A DNA stretch of 62,508 nucleotides, filler included. It is 6 parts of 6 records of this genome, joined end to end, with 100 filler letters (N's around TTAATTAATTAA, not from the genome) between each part and the next. Parts side by side here need not be neighbours in the genome. Positions count along the whole stretch, not along the records: positions 1 to 26,814 come from SRR20825010_1890; 5 more parts are not named here. One strand, given 5' to 3'. The position numbers and the translations under genes are program-made. Of the stretch, positions 1 through 10,190 are shown piece by piece (the stretch's first letter is position 1; every line of letters begins with the position of its first letter). The notes beneath the pieces are model-generated. The model was given only the letters and a program-made list of their open reading frames with translations. It did no database searches and was not told where the DNA came from.

Positions 1-36
1 CGCGCCCATGGCCATGGGCGCGGCCTCTTTAATTTT
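1..36. terminator. Perfect 22-bp palindrome followed by a T-rich tract; probable intrinsic terminator cut by the window edge
   Basis: cgcgcccatgg|ccatgggcgcg (1-22) then gcctcttttaatttt; lies just past the stop of the minus-strand kinase gene. Confidence 0.5.
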
Positions 37-65
37 CGGACCAATCAACCTTCAAGCGAGAGCTA

Positions 66-1211
66 TCAACCCTCAATTAAAGACGCATTTGTCCCCACGC
101 GGTAAAGGATCTGATCCTCATAGCCGGTCGTCACCGGCCATAACCCGCACAGCTGTTTATCCAGCTTCGCGTCGCCACTGTCGACCAGCAAGGGCCTGCC
201 CTCCAGCGTTTCCAGTTTGGTTCGGGTAGCCAGTATCTGGATATTTTCTTTGCCCAGGCGGCGAATCAGCGCCGGGCTGAATTGCTGGTTGCCACGGCCG
301 AACAGATGCCCCTGTCCGCCAATCACGGTGATCACGGCTTTGGCCGGCGCATCGCCAATGTGCTCCAGTAGCTGCCTGGCCCCCAGATCGGCGGCAACCA
401 CTTCGCCATTGCGGACCAGATCCACGCCCAGCAGTGTATTGTCCAGCCCCAGCTGCTCCATCACCACAGCCACTGTGGAGCCAGAGCCCATCAGGTACCA
501 GGTGTCGTCTTCCAGACTGTCTGCCACCCAGGCCGCCACTTCGGTAACCACCAGGTCCTCCACTTCCCGGCCGCCGCATTTCACCTGCTGCAGGTAACGG
601 GCTTCTGCTGGTACTTGCAGCTCCCCATAGTGACGGGCCTTGACCACGCCCTCGCGGAACGCGGCTTCGTCGATGTCCCTCACCTCGGCACTCTCCAGCG
701 CCACCAGCCCCCCACCGGCCAACTCCGCCAGCAGACTTCCCGCCGCCTCGGGATTCACCGCATACACGGCAGAATGCATCTTGCAGCCCGCTGGTACGCC
801 CAACACAGGGGTGCCCAGACCAATGGCATCCACCAGATCCCGGGCGGTGCCATCGCCACCGGCAAACAGGATCAGTTCAGCCCCGGCCGCTTTCAGTGCG
901 GCAGCGGCGGCACGGGTGTCATCCGGGCTGCTCGGCATGGGCGACTCACCAATCACCGTGCAAGGCACGTTGGCTGCCCGGCAACTGCTCTCGCCCATGT
1001 CACCGCCCCAGGTCAGAACGGACACATTACTGACGGCGGACAGCGCCTTGAGCGCCCGGCTCATCCGGCCAGGCGCCTGGGGCTCAGCACCACGGCGCAG
1101 GGCTTCATCACGGGTCTGTACCCCGTCACTGCCTTTCAGCGCAACGCTGCCACCCAGGCCGGCATAAGGGTTGACCAGCACACCGAGACAAAGACCTTGA
1201 TCGACTTTCAT
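66..1211 (-). CDS. ATP-NAD/AcoX kinase family protein
   Basis: NPYAGLGGSVALKGSDG start, GGDGTARD NAD-kinase motif, GVPAGCKMHSAVYA, GGQGHLFGRGNQQFSP. Confidence 0.85.
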   Translation of the reverse strand: MKVDQGLCLGVLVNPYAGLGGSVALKGSDGVQTRDEALRRGAEPQAPGRMSRALKALSAVSNVSVLTWGGDMGESSCRAANVPCTVIGESPMPSSPDDTRAAAAALKAAGAELILFAGGDGTARDLVDAIGLGTPVLGVPAGCKMHSAVYAVNPEAAGSLLAELAGGGLVALESAEVRDIDEAAFREGVVKARHYGELQVPAEARYLQQVKCGGREVEDLVVTEVAAWVADSLEDDTWYLMGSGSTVAVVMEQLGLDNTLLGVDLVRNGEVVAADLGARQLLEHIGDAPAKAVITVIGGQGHLFGRGNQQFSPALIRRLGKENIQILATRTKLETLEGRPLLVDSGDAKLDKQLCGLWPVTTGYEDQILYRVGTNASLIEG

Positions 1212-1304
1212 AAAAGGGTCATATCCAGATACAAAAATGGCGTTGCTGTCACCGGCAGCGCCTAAGTAAATTTAAAGACCATCTGCATAACGCGGGGATT
1301 CAAC

Positions 1305-1478
1305 ATGAACCTGAACAATACAGCGTCACCATCACCGTTCCACGGCGCGGCCATCATCGATGAGGACGGCCGGGAAATCCCCATTACCGAAGACATGATC
1401 CAGCGCGCCTGTGAGCACCTGGAAGATCAGTGGCAATACCCTACCGCGCAATACCATCGGGCTCAAAAAGTCGGCTGA
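1305..1478 (+). CDS. Small PA1571-family-like protein, 57 aa, absent from the ORF track
   Basis: Hand translation [65 protein letters not shown] upstream; [23 protein letters not shown] motif. Confidence 0.75.
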   Translation: MNLNNTASPSPFHGAAIIDEDGREIPITEDMIQRACEHLEDQWQYPTAQYHRAQKVG

Positions 1479-2568
1479 TAATCGCCGCCCAGGCGTCCGC
1501 GACAGGCCCGTCATGCTGCCAGTGGTGCAGTTCGTGACGGACAGGATACTGCTTACGCAGGCGATCAAAGGCCGCAGCAGGGGCCGCTTCATTCAAGCTT
1601 TCACCCAATCGCCGGTAATCATCGTCCAGTCGATATGCTGCTTGCAGTAACGCCAACAGGTCCGCATCACTCGCCACCGACTGGCGCAACACCGGCGCCT
1701 CCGCCCCAGCCGTCTCAGCCACCGCTTCCCTGCCCGCCCACTCGCACACCGCGTCATAGAGCATGCGAGTCCCCTTGAGCTTGCCTTCCAGGCTGTAACC
1801 CGCAATATGCGGCGAGCCCATCAGAACCTGTTGATACAGCGTCGGCGGCACCGTCGGCTCTTCCTCCCACACATCCAGCACCGTTAACGGCCCGGTACCA
1901 TCGGCCAGCTGCCGGGACAGCGCCGCATTGTCGATAACCGGCCCACGGCAGGTATTGATCAGCATCTGTTCCGGCCCCAACCGGGAAAGTCGGTCGGCAT
2001 TCAGTAAATGCCAGGTGGCATCATCCCCTGTGCGGGTCAGCGGCACATGCAAGGTGATGATATCGGCATCCAGCACCTGATCCAGCGGGGCCAGGCTCAC
2101 CGGCCCGGCGTAACCAGCCCTCTCCAGCAGGGGGTCACAGCCGTGAACTGTCATGCCCAGCGCACCCAGCCAATCCGCTACGCGGCGCCCCACGTTCCCC
2201 AAGCCAACCACCGCCACCCGGGGTTCCCGTGGGCATCGCCCCTGGGCCGCGCACAGCAATAGCACGGATTGCAGCACATATTCCGCCACCGCACGGGCAT
2301 TACAGCCCGGCGCATGGGCAAACGGAATGCCCGCCTGGGCCAGGTACGTCAGATCCACGTGGTCCGTACCAATGGTGGCGGAACCTACAAAGCGTACTCG
2401 CGAACCGGCCAGCAAGGTGGCGTCCACTCGGGTGACAGAGCGCACCAACAGAATCTCCGCCTCGCCCAGCTGTTCCCGGGTCAGAGTGCGGCCGTCCACT
2501 CGCTCAACGGTGGCAAAAGCCTCGAAAGGTTCCAAACCGGGCATGTTGGCATCGGCGATAATGTGCAT
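1441..2568 (-). CDS. pdxB: 4-phosphoerythronate dehydrogenase
   Basis: [10 protein letters not shown] start with [65 protein letters not shown]. Confidence 0.93.
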   Translation of the reverse strand: MHIIADANMPGLEPFEAFATVERVDGRTLTREQLGEAEILLVRSVTRVDATLLAGSRVRFVGSATIGTDHVDLTYLAQAGIPFAHAPGCNARAVAEYVLQSVLLLCAAQGRCPREPRVAVVGLGNVGRRVADWLGALGMTVHGCDPLLERAGYAGPVSLAPLDQVLDADIITLHVPLTRTGDDATWHLLNADRLSRLGPEQMLINTCRGPVIDNAALSRQLADGTGPLTVLDVWEEEPTVPPTLYQQVLMGSPHIAGYSLEGKLKGTRMLYDAVCEWAGREAVAETAGAEAPVLRQSVASDADLLALLQAAYRLDDDYRRLGESLNEAAPAAAFDRLRKQYPVRHELHHWQHDGPVADAWAAIISRLFEPDGIAR

Positions 2569-2604
2569 CGGTATCCTTGGGTTAAGCATCAGTATTGCCG
2601 CCAG

Positions 2605-3483
2605 CTATTCCAGCTCCCGGCAAAGCAATCGGGCCGTATTGGTAACGGCTGAAGTATAGGGATGACCAAACAGGTTGAAGTGATTCAGCCAGTGATACAG
2701 GTCATACACCGGCCACCGCGCCCGTTGCTCCGGTGTCGGCAAATGCCCCTGGTAGCCATGGTAGAACACCTCGGGCGGTCGGCCGAACAGGTTCAGCATG
2801 GCCAGGTCCACCTGCGGGTCGCCATAATAACAGGCCGGATCGAAGAACACCGGCTCTGCGCCGTCAATCTGGCCCAGATTCCCCATCCACAGATCCCCGT
2901 GCAACAACGCACTGGCAGGCCTGCGCGGCAACCAGTTCGACAGATGGTCGATAACCCGATGCACAACCCGGCCGGCCGATGCCGGCAACCCCTTCTGCCT
3001 TGCCCATTGCAACTGTGGCTGCAGCCGCTGACGGGCGAAAAAACGGGGCCATTCGGTTTCATCACTGTTGTACTGCGCCATGCCACCAATAAAGTTGTCC
3101 GCCACACCTCCATACACCGTGTTTGTGGCCCCGCTGTGAAGCCTGGCCAGGGCTTGCCCGGCAGCCCGCCACCCAGCCTGCCCCAAAGGCTCCAGCGCCA
3201 GGGCTTCCAGAAACAGCACCCCGCCCGCCCCATCGGCGTACCGGCCCTCTACCCGCGGCACCCGTAGCCACGGCTCCAAGGCCCGCAACCCGGCTTCTTC
3301 CGCTTCCAGCAATGCGGCATTGGAGTGCATTTTCACAAAACAACGGCCCCCCGAATGCGTCAGCAAACCGCTATTGGCAGTGTCCCCACCCGCACCGGAC
3401 CGATACTGCATCTGCTGGTTCCAGCCCCTTGCGGACAGTGCCCGTCGCAGCACTAGTGGCAAATTCGCATCATTACTATCCAT
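2605..3483 (-). CDS. Fructosamine kinase family protein
   Basis: FVK, AEEAGLRAL, DNFIG, LLHGDLWMGN, FDPACYYGDPQVDLAM, LYHWLNHFNLFG. Confidence 0.9.
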   Translation of the reverse strand: MDSNDANLPLVLRRALSARGWNQQMQYRSGAGGDTANSGLLTHSGGRCFVKMHSNAALLEAEEAGLRALEPWLRVPRVEGRYADGAGGVLFLEALALEPLGQAGWRAAGQALARLHSGATNTVYGGVADNFIGGMAQYNSDETEWPRFFARQRLQPQLQWARQKGLPASAGRVVHRVIDHLSNWLPRRPASALLHGDLWMGNLGQIDGAEPVFFDPACYYGDPQVDLAMLNLFGRPPEVFYHGYQGHLPTPEQRARWPVYDLYHWLNHFNLFGHPYTSAVTNTARLLCRELE

Positions 3484-3606
3484 AAACTTGACTATAGAGG
3501 CCTCCGCCGGTGGTGCTAAGGGCCAATCATGACCGATGGTTACCCTTGATTTAAGCCGTTCTTCTGATTACAACTAACGCTATAAAGCACGCCGGGATTC
3601 CGGCCC

Positions 3607-3622
3607 ATAACAACAAAAGAAG
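3607..3622 (+). promoter_or_regulatory. A-rich AAnAAnAA (Hfq/Crc CA-type) motif in the operon leader
   Basis: ataacaacaaaagaag just upstream of the ATG at 3636. Confidence 0.4.
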
Positions 3623-3635
3623 CGATCGCCACCCC

Positions 3636-4154
3636 ATGAAAGCATTTTTGCCCTTCTGCGGCGCCGTGTTAGTGAGCCTGTGTTCCATTGCCGGTGCGGC
3701 TGACGACGATGGCCTGTCCGAGCAGATTCGCCAACTCAAGAGCGAAGCCCTCAACCTGAACCGGGACCTCACCCTGCTGGAGCAGGAATTACTCTACGCC
3801 AGCCCCCAGACCAGCATCTTTGTCTCTGTAGACGTGGGCACCCCAATCCGCCTGGTGGACATCAACCTGACCATCGACGGTGACCATGTTGGCTACCACT
3901 TCTATTCCGACCAGGAATTCGAAGCCCTCACCAAGGGCGGTATTCAGCGTTTGTATACCGGTAACCTGACCAGCGGCCGCCATGTCATGGAAGCCACCAT
4001 CACCGGCTATGACCCCCTCGGCAAGGACTACCAGAAAACCACCAGCTACAACTTCACCAAGGGCCCCGGCCGCAAAATGGTGGAGATGCAGGTGGTCGAT
4101 GACCTGAATAGCCAGCAGCACAAATTCGAATTCCGTGAATGGAATCAGCAATGA
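3636..4154 (+). CDS. Exported protein, first gene of the Agl-Glt-like operon
   Basis: Sec signal (…SIAGA-ADD), coiled coil (EQIRQLKSEALNLNRDLTLLEQEL), then a beta-rich domain; ATGA overlap with the next gene. Confidence 0.8.
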   Translation: MKAFLPFCGAVLVSLCSIAGAADDDGLSEQIRQLKSEALNLNRDLTLLEQELLYASPQTSIFVSVDVGTPIRLVDINLTIDGDHVGYHFYSDQEFEALTKGGIQRLYTGNLTSGRHVMEATITGYDPLGKDYQKTTSYNFTKGPGRKMVEMQVVDDLNSQQHKFEFREWNQQ

Positions 4155-6067
4155 CACGACCCCGGATGAAACGGTGGCTGTTATATTCGCTGCTTGCGGT
4201 CAATCTATCGCCTGCCCACGCGGCAAAAGTCGAGTTTTTTGATGACCTAGACACCGGCCCGCAGATTCTCGGCGCAGAAGAACACCGCTACCTGGCGTTC
4301 GGTGAAGTCATGTATGACTACTATCGCGAAGCCAACTTCGATGCCATCAACCTGCTGCTGGTGAACCAACAGCAACAGCTATTCAACGAAGATACCGACT
4401 ACGCCGAACTGGTTCTCGGGGACCTCTACGTCACCTACGGCCTGCCCGACAAAGCCGAAACCATCTTCAACCGGCTGCTGGCCAAGGACATCCTCAGCCG
4501 CACCCGCGCCCAGACCTGGCTGCACAAGGCCGCCTTGCATTACCGCGAAGGCAACTACACCGACGCGGCCATGATTCTCGATGGCGAAAACATGAAAGGG
4601 CTGGAGGCCGTTGACGAAGCTCGCCGCCGCCTGATGCTGGCCAATATCTTCATGGCCGAGGGCGACTTTACCGGTGCCCTGGACTACCTCCATTCCGTAC
4701 CCCTGAATACCGATGAAGGCCGTTACGCCAGCTACAACATGGGCGTAGCGCTGATTCGGGCCGGCCATCAGGATCAGGGCCTTGAGCTGCTTAAATCCTT
4801 GCTGTCCGCAGGGGGCAGCAGCGATCAGGCGCTGGCTCTGCGTGACCGGGCGGCCTTGGCGTCAGGCCTGACAGAACTGAAAGACGGCAACCTGGAAAGT
4901 GCCCGCGCTGATCTGCGCCAGGTACGCAGCGACGGTCCTTTCTCCGAAGATGCCCTGCTCGCTCTGGGCCTGGCGAACTACCGTGCCGGCGACGTGAAAC
5001 GCGCCCTGCCCCTGTGGCTGGAAGCCGTGCGCCGCAACAGCAGCCACCCGTCCGTACAGGAAGCGCTGATGCTCGCCCCACGCGCCTACGAAGAACTCGG
5101 CGGCTTACCCCAGGCCCTGTCGGGCTATCAATATGCGGCCACGCAATACCGTGAGGGCCTCAAGGACATTCAGCGCGCCATCGACAACATCGCCAAACCC
5201 GGCTGGTCCGAAGCGCTGCTCCCTGAAGACGAAAATGCCGCCGGCCTGCTGCCCGCCAACACCGATGACATGGCCAGAGGTGGCGAACTCTCGTATTTGT
5301 ACAAGCTGTTCTCCAGTAACCACTTTGCCCAACGCTTTGAGCACTACCGCCAGATCCAGCAGATCAAGAGCATGGTGGAGCATTGGCAGGAATCACTGCC
5401 CGCCTTGCAGCAAAGCTACCAGCAACAGCGTGAGATGCTGAGCCGAAACCTGCCCCATGTTCGCGGGCAGGTCACCGGCCTGATGAGCCGCCAGGAGGCG
5501 CTCAGCCAGGCCAGCGACAAACTGGCCAACCGCATCCCCAACTATGTGGACCTGGTGAAGCCTGCCGATGTGGCCAATGCTGAACAGGCCATCATGTGGA
5601 AGAAAGTCGACGCCCTCGCCCATCAATTCGGCCGTATCCCCGGTTCCGACCACAACAACGCCATTCGCCTGCGCCGGGTTCGCGGCCTGTTACTTTGGGA
5701 TATTGCCCACCAGTCGGTGGAACAACGCGAACAACAAGTGCAAGCTGCTACCCAATTACGCGAAGAAAGCCAGATACTGGCACAACGTATTGCGGCGATA
5801 AGCCAACAGATCCGGGACGCCACCCTGCGTACCCGTGACGACGTAGGCCAACGCCTCGCCGCACAAGACCAGAAAATAAAACAAATAAAGCATCTGACAG
5901 AAGACACCTTGCTGGCCCTGGAGCAAAACATGCAGGCCGACGCCCTCGCCCTGCTCCACGCCAACCAGCAAAAGCTGGCTGACCAGTTGGCCGAGGCACA
6001 TCTGGCCATTGCCCGCCTGCAGGATTCGTCTGTCTCCGGTGAGAAAAATCAGAGGAAAGGATCGTGA
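4151..6067 (+). CDS. Exported TPR and coiled-coil protein (GltC-like)
   Basis: Signal peptide (…SPAHA), TPR helices (YASYNMGVAL, ALLALGLANY), long Q-rich coiled-coil C-terminus; ATGA and GTGA overlaps. Confidence 0.75.
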   Translation: MTRPRMKRWLLYSLLAVNLSPAHAAKVEFFDDLDTGPQILGAEEHRYLAFGEVMYDYYREANFDAINLLLVNQQQQLFNEDTDYAELVLGDLYVTYGLPDKAETIFNRLLAKDILSRTRAQTWLHKAALHYREGNYTDAAMILDGENMKGLEAVDEARRRLMLANIFMAEGDFTGALDYLHSVPLNTDEGRYASYNMGVALIRAGHQDQGLELLKSLLSAGGSSDQALALRDRAALASGLTELKDGNLESARADLRQVRSDGPFSEDALLALGLANYRAGDVKRALPLWLEAVRRNSSHPSVQEALMLAPRAYEELGGLPQALSGYQYAATQYREGLKDIQRAIDNIAKPGWSEALLPEDENAAGLLPANTDDMARGGELSYLYKLFSSNHFAQRFEHYRQIQQIKSMVEHWQESLPALQQSYQQQREMLSRNLPHVRGQVTGLMSRQEALSQASDKLANRIPNYVDLVKPADVANAEQAIMWKKVDALAHQFGRIPGSDHNNAIRLRRVRGLLLWDIAHQSVEQREQQVQAATQLREESQILAQRIAAISQQIRDATLRTRDDVGQRLAAQDQKIKQIKHLTEDTLLALEQNMQADALALLHANQQKLADQLAEAHLAIARLQDSSVSGEKNQRKGS

Positions 6068-9009
6068 AACGATTTCGCCTGCACAGTCTGGCTGCAGCGA
6101 TGGTGGCCTTGGGGGGCTGCGCATCCGCACCGCCAAGTGGCACCCTGGAGCAACAGGCCCGTTTCGGGGGAACCACCCTGGCGGACCTGGAAAGCACAGA
6201 CATTGTCATTGAAGAGCAGCAACTGGAAAGCGCCTCCACTCAGGATGCCCTGAACAGCTACCGCCAGGCGGCTGAACTGTTCGACGACCCGCAACGCCGG
6301 GCCAAAACCCTGCGGCGCATGGCCGACCTGGCACTGGCCTCTGCCACCGAGCAGGACATGCAGATTGCCCAGCAAGAAGACGAGCAGCTGGAGCAAAAAG
6401 TCGACAAGTTGGTGTACGACAACACCATGTCCCAGGTGCAGACCACCGACGACACCGAACGGAAGCTGGCCCTGCTAGACCTGGCAGGCACCATGTCCCC
6501 CACGCTCGCCGATGAGGATGTGGACTACAGCACGGCGATCCAGCTCTATCAGGAGCTGCTAAACAGCACCAGCGACGCCAACGAACGTGCCGAAGCCTAC
6601 TATCTGCTCTCCAAGGCCTACGCCATGGATGGGGATCTGGACAAGGCCCGTAGCAGCCTGGATTCCCTGGTCGAGCAATACCCCAACAGCGAATGGGCAC
6701 TGGAATCCCAGTTCCGTCGCGGCGAAATGCTGTTCTCCGAAGGCGACTACGAATACGCAGAGAAAGCCTACGCTGACGTCATCGAACGGGGCGAGCGCAA
6801 CGAATTCTATAACCAGGCGTTGTACAAGCACGGCTGGAGTTACTACAAGCTGGGTGAATACGAACGCGCCCAAGACAGCTTCTTTACCCTGCTGGACAAC
6901 CTGAACGGCCAGGCCGTGCTGGCCGATAACACCAGCATGGAAAGTAAACTGTTCAGTGATACCCAGCGGGTCGTCAGCCTCAGCTTCAGTAACCTGAACG
7001 GTGCCAAGTCCGTAAAAGCCTGGTTTGCCCGCAACGGCAACCGGGATTACGAACCGGACATTTACCGCAACCTCGGCGACGTCTACCTGAACCAGGAACG
7101 CTTCCGCGATGCGGCTGAAACCTACGATATGTTCGTGCAGGTGTACCCGGATTCTCGCCTGGCGCCGGAGTTTTCCACCCTGCAGATCGAGTCTTACCAG
7201 AAAGGGGGCTTCCCGACCCTGGTACTACCGGCTAAAGAAAAATTCATCGACCACTATGGGGTGAACAGCGAGTACTGGAATCGCCACCCGGATATCCGCC
7301 AGCAGTACGTGGATCTGCTCAAGGGGCACATTCTTGATCTGGCCGAATACCACCATGTACTCGCCCAGAAATCCGGCAAGCCAGCGGACTACCAGGCGCC
7401 AGCACGCTGGTACAAGGAATACCTGGACACGCCCCCCGTCAGCGCCAATCAGGGTGACGTGAACCACCGCTACGCCGATGTGCTGTTCGCCGCCAACGAT
7501 TACCCGGCTGCGATTGCGCAGTTCGAACGCACCGCCTATGGCTACCCCGAACACACCACCGGTGGCGACGCAGCCTTCTCAGGTCTGGTTGCCTACCAGA
7601 AAATTCTCGATGGCGAGCTGGAGCCAGAACAGACAACCCAGTGGCGCCAACAGAAAATCGCCAGCGCCCAGAAGTTTGGACAAAACTTCCCGCAACACCC
7701 CCAGGCTACCAACGTGCTACACGATACCGCCGAAGATCAGCTGGCACTGGGCGACGTGGAAGGGGCAGTAAAAACCGCCGGCATTCTGGTCACCCGCGAA
7801 CCGACCCCCGAACCGGCAATGCTCCGCTACGGCTGGGCCACCATTGCTAACGGTGAATTCGATCTGGGCCGCTTCAAGGTCGCCGAGATGGCCTACAACA
7901 AACTTTTGCTGCTGGAAGTGGAGCCTGAGCAACGCGCCGAGTACCGAGAAAAACTGGCACTCAGCATCTATCGTCAGGGCGAACAGCAGCGTGATCAGGG
8001 CAACCTGGATGTGGCAGCCGCCACCTTCCTGCGGGTTGGCGAGGCGGTGCCGGAAGCCTCCGTGCGCAAGAATGCGGAGTTTGACGCGGCCACCCTGTTC
8101 ATCCAGCAGCAGCGCAGTGCCGATGCCATTCCGGTCCTGGAAGCCTTCCGTCAGCGTTACCCGAACGATCCGCTGGCCGATACCATCCCGGACAAACTGG
8201 CGGTGGCCTACGAACAGCAAGGCAACTATACCGCCGCTGCCGGTGAGCTGACCCTGATCGCCGCCAACCATAAAGGCGAGAACGATGAACTGGCCCGCCA
8301 GGCCATGTGGCGCGCCGCAGAAATGCAGGACCGCGCCGAGAAGCCGCAGGCGTCCATTGCGCTCTACGAGCAGTACCTGCAGGAATGGCCGCAGCCTTAT
8401 GACTTCCGCTCTGAAGCCCAGTTCAGGCTGGTAGAACTGAACCGCAAAACCGGCAACAGCGGGCGGGAAACCTACTGGCTGCAACAGCTCGTCACCAGTT
8501 ATCGTGATGCCGGCAATGATGCCAATGATCGCGTGGCCTGGCTGGCCGCTTATGCCAGCTTCACCCTGGCCGAACCGAACTTCCAGGAGTTCAATCGCAT
8601 CAAGCTTGAGCAGCCGCTGAAAACCTCGCTGGCCGCCAAGACCACGGTGATGAAAACAGCACTGGCCGATTACCAGGCTGTTGCCCATATTGGCGTCGCT
8701 GAATACGCCACCGCAGCCAACTACAAAATTGGTGAGATGTATCGCGTGCTGGCCAAGGACCTGATCAAGTCGGAACGCCCCAACGGCATGGATGAACTGG
8801 AGCTTGAAGAGTACACCATGCTGCTTGAAGACAAGGCCCTCCCCTATGAGGACCAGGCCATCGATATTCTTATCGCCAATGCCAATCTGGTCACCGATGA
8901 CATCTATGACCAGTGGGTAAAAAAGAGCTTTACCGCGTTAGCAGAGCTGATTCCCGGCCGTTATGCGAAGTTTGAACAGGTTGAGAGCTATGTCGACATT
9001 ATTTATTAA
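6064..9009 (+). CDS. Large TPR lipoprotein (GltD-like)
   Basis: Lipobox LGGC; many TPR repeats (AEAYYLLSKAY, ESQFRRGEMLF, QALYKHGWSYYKLGEY, AANYKIGEMY); ends LAELIPGRYAKFE. Confidence 0.8.
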   Translation: MKRFRLHSLAAAMVALGGCASAPPSGTLEQQARFGGTTLADLESTDIVIEEQQLESASTQDALNSYRQAAELFDDPQRRAKTLRRMADLALASATEQDMQIAQQEDEQLEQKVDKLVYDNTMSQVQTTDDTERKLALLDLAGTMSPTLADEDVDYSTAIQLYQELLNSTSDANERAEAYYLLSKAYAMDGDLDKARSSLDSLVEQYPNSEWALESQFRRGEMLFSEGDYEYAEKAYADVIERGERNEFYNQALYKHGWSYYKLGEYERAQDSFFTLLDNLNGQAVLADNTSMESKLFSDTQRVVSLSFSNLNGAKSVKAWFARNGNRDYEPDIYRNLGDVYLNQERFRDAAETYDMFVQVYPDSRLAPEFSTLQIESYQKGGFPTLVLPAKEKFIDHYGVNSEYWNRHPDIRQQYVDLLKGHILDLAEYHHVLAQKSGKPADYQAPARWYKEYLDTPPVSANQGDVNHRYADVLFAANDYPAAIAQFERTAYGYPEHTTGGDAAFSGLVAYQKILDGELEPEQTTQWRQQKIASAQKFGQNFPQHPQATNVLHDTAEDQLALGDVEGAVKTAGILVTREPTPEPAMLRYGWATIANGEFDLGRFKVAEMAYNKLLLLEVEPEQRAEYREKLALSIYRQGEQQRDQGNLDVAAATFLRVGEAVPEASVRKNAEFDAATLFIQQQRSADAIPVLEAFRQRYPNDPLADTIPDKLAVAYEQQGNYTAAAGELTLIAANHKGENDELARQAMWRAAEMQDRAEKPQASIALYEQYLQEWPQPYDFRSEAQFRLVELNRKTGNSGRETYWLQQLVTSYRDAGNDANDRVAWLAAYASFTLAEPNFQEFNRIKLEQPLKTSLAAKTTVMKTALADYQAVAHIGVAEYATAANYKIGEMYRVLAKDLIKSERPNGMDELELEEYTMLLEDKALPYEDQAIDILIANANLVTDDIYDQWVKKSFTALAELIPGRYAKFEQVESYVDIIY

Positions 9010-9754
9010 CGCCACACGCTGCACGCAGCACGTAACACGCGGCGCGGCCCTCTTGCTGGCACTGCTCTTCGCGGGCTGTGCCATTAACCAGGGGGGCGGA
9101 CTGGACGGCACTGCCGAAGGCAACACCAGCAAATATGAACAGCAAAAAAGTGGCGCCGCTGCCGCCGACAGTGATGCCGTGCATATTCCACCCGTGCCCC
9201 ACGACCCGAAAGTCGAAAAAGTCGCGCAACAGGCCATGGGCGAGTACGCCCGTGCCCTGCAAACTCGCATGGCAGGCAACAACGAACAGGCACTGGTCAT
9301 GTTCCAGTCCCTGGCCGAACGTTATCCGCAACTGTCCGGCCCGCAGCTCAACATCGGCTTGATACAGATGGAACTGGAGGATTACGACAAGGCCCGTGCG
9401 GCCTTCGAGCAGTCCCTGGCCATCAATGATGCCAACCCCTATGCCCACAATGGGCTGGGCCTGGCCCTGCGCGAGCAAGGCGAATTCGATAACGCTCGTA
9501 TTCATTATGAACGCGCCCTGGTGCTTGATCCCAAGTATGCCCGCGCCCATTTCAACCTGGCCGTACTCGGCGAGCTGTACCTGCAAGACATGAACCTGGC
9601 GCTCAATCATTTCCGTGCCTACCAGAATCTTCAGAAACTGCCGGACGAAAACGTGGCCAACTGGATTGTCGATCTGGAGCGTCGTGCACCGGAACAGCCC
9701 AGCCAACCAGTGGCCGAAAACGGCTCGACCCTTAACCCCGGGGAGATAAACTGA
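8990..9754 (+). CDS. TPR lipoprotein (GltE-like)
   Basis: Lipobox FAGC; TPRs (PQLNIGLI, AHNGLGLALREQGEF, AHFNLAVLGELYL); VANWIVDLERR. Confidence 0.8.
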   Translation: MSTLFINATRCTQHVTRGAALLLALLFAGCAINQGGGLDGTAEGNTSKYEQQKSGAAAADSDAVHIPPVPHDPKVEKVAQQAMGEYARALQTRMAGNNEQALVMFQSLAERYPQLSGPQLNIGLIQMELEDYDKARAAFEQSLAINDANPYAHNGLGLALREQGEFDNARIHYERALVLDPKYARAHFNLAVLGELYLQDMNLALNHFRAYQNLQKLPDENVANWIVDLERRAPEQPSQPVAENGSTLNPGEIN

Positions 9755-10041
9755 TGCGAAGCCTGTTGACTCTTGCTGCACTGCTGTTGGCTGCTGCCAG
9801 CCATGCCGCCGATGACTCGAGCGAACCATCGACCAACGTGATCGGGACCCAGGAAGCCCCCACGGTGCTGAACGTGGTTCCCTGGAAAGACCGTGAAGTA
9901 AAGCTGGAAAAGAAGGATCCCACCTCGTCATTGCTCAATCGGGTGCTGGAGCCACTGGACCAGGAAGTGCTCATGCGTGAAATCGAGTATCACCAGCTAC
10001 TGACCCAGGAACCGGACAATGACGGCCTGTTTCTGGAATAA
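9754..10041 (+). CDS. Small exported protein (GltF-like)
   Basis: Signal peptide ASHA; VIGTQEAPTVLNVVPWK motif; TGATG coupling to the upstream gene; sits between TPR genes and exbB. Confidence 0.7.
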   Translation: MRSLLTLAALLLAAASHAADDSSEPSTNVIGTQEAPTVLNVVPWKDREVKLEKKDPTSSLLNRVLEPLDQEVLMREIEYHQLLTQEPDNDGLFLE

Positions 10042-10190
10042 ACCAACACCGTAAATAGCATTAGCGTGCGTGCACGCTTTTTTTCTGATAAAAACGAACA
10101 CTTTGGGGAAAGGCGCCAGCACGTTCACACCAGCCGAAACGTCGCGGCGCCCAACAATAACGCTAAACAGAAACATCGCAGGAGAAGTTC

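Noticed and set aside
7717-8688. Long antisense ORFs (323 aa here; also 8999-9931, 14917-15975, 26008-26862)
   Set aside because: They shadow well-supported genes on the opposite strand, as expected in GC-rich coding DNA, and show no recognisable motifs.
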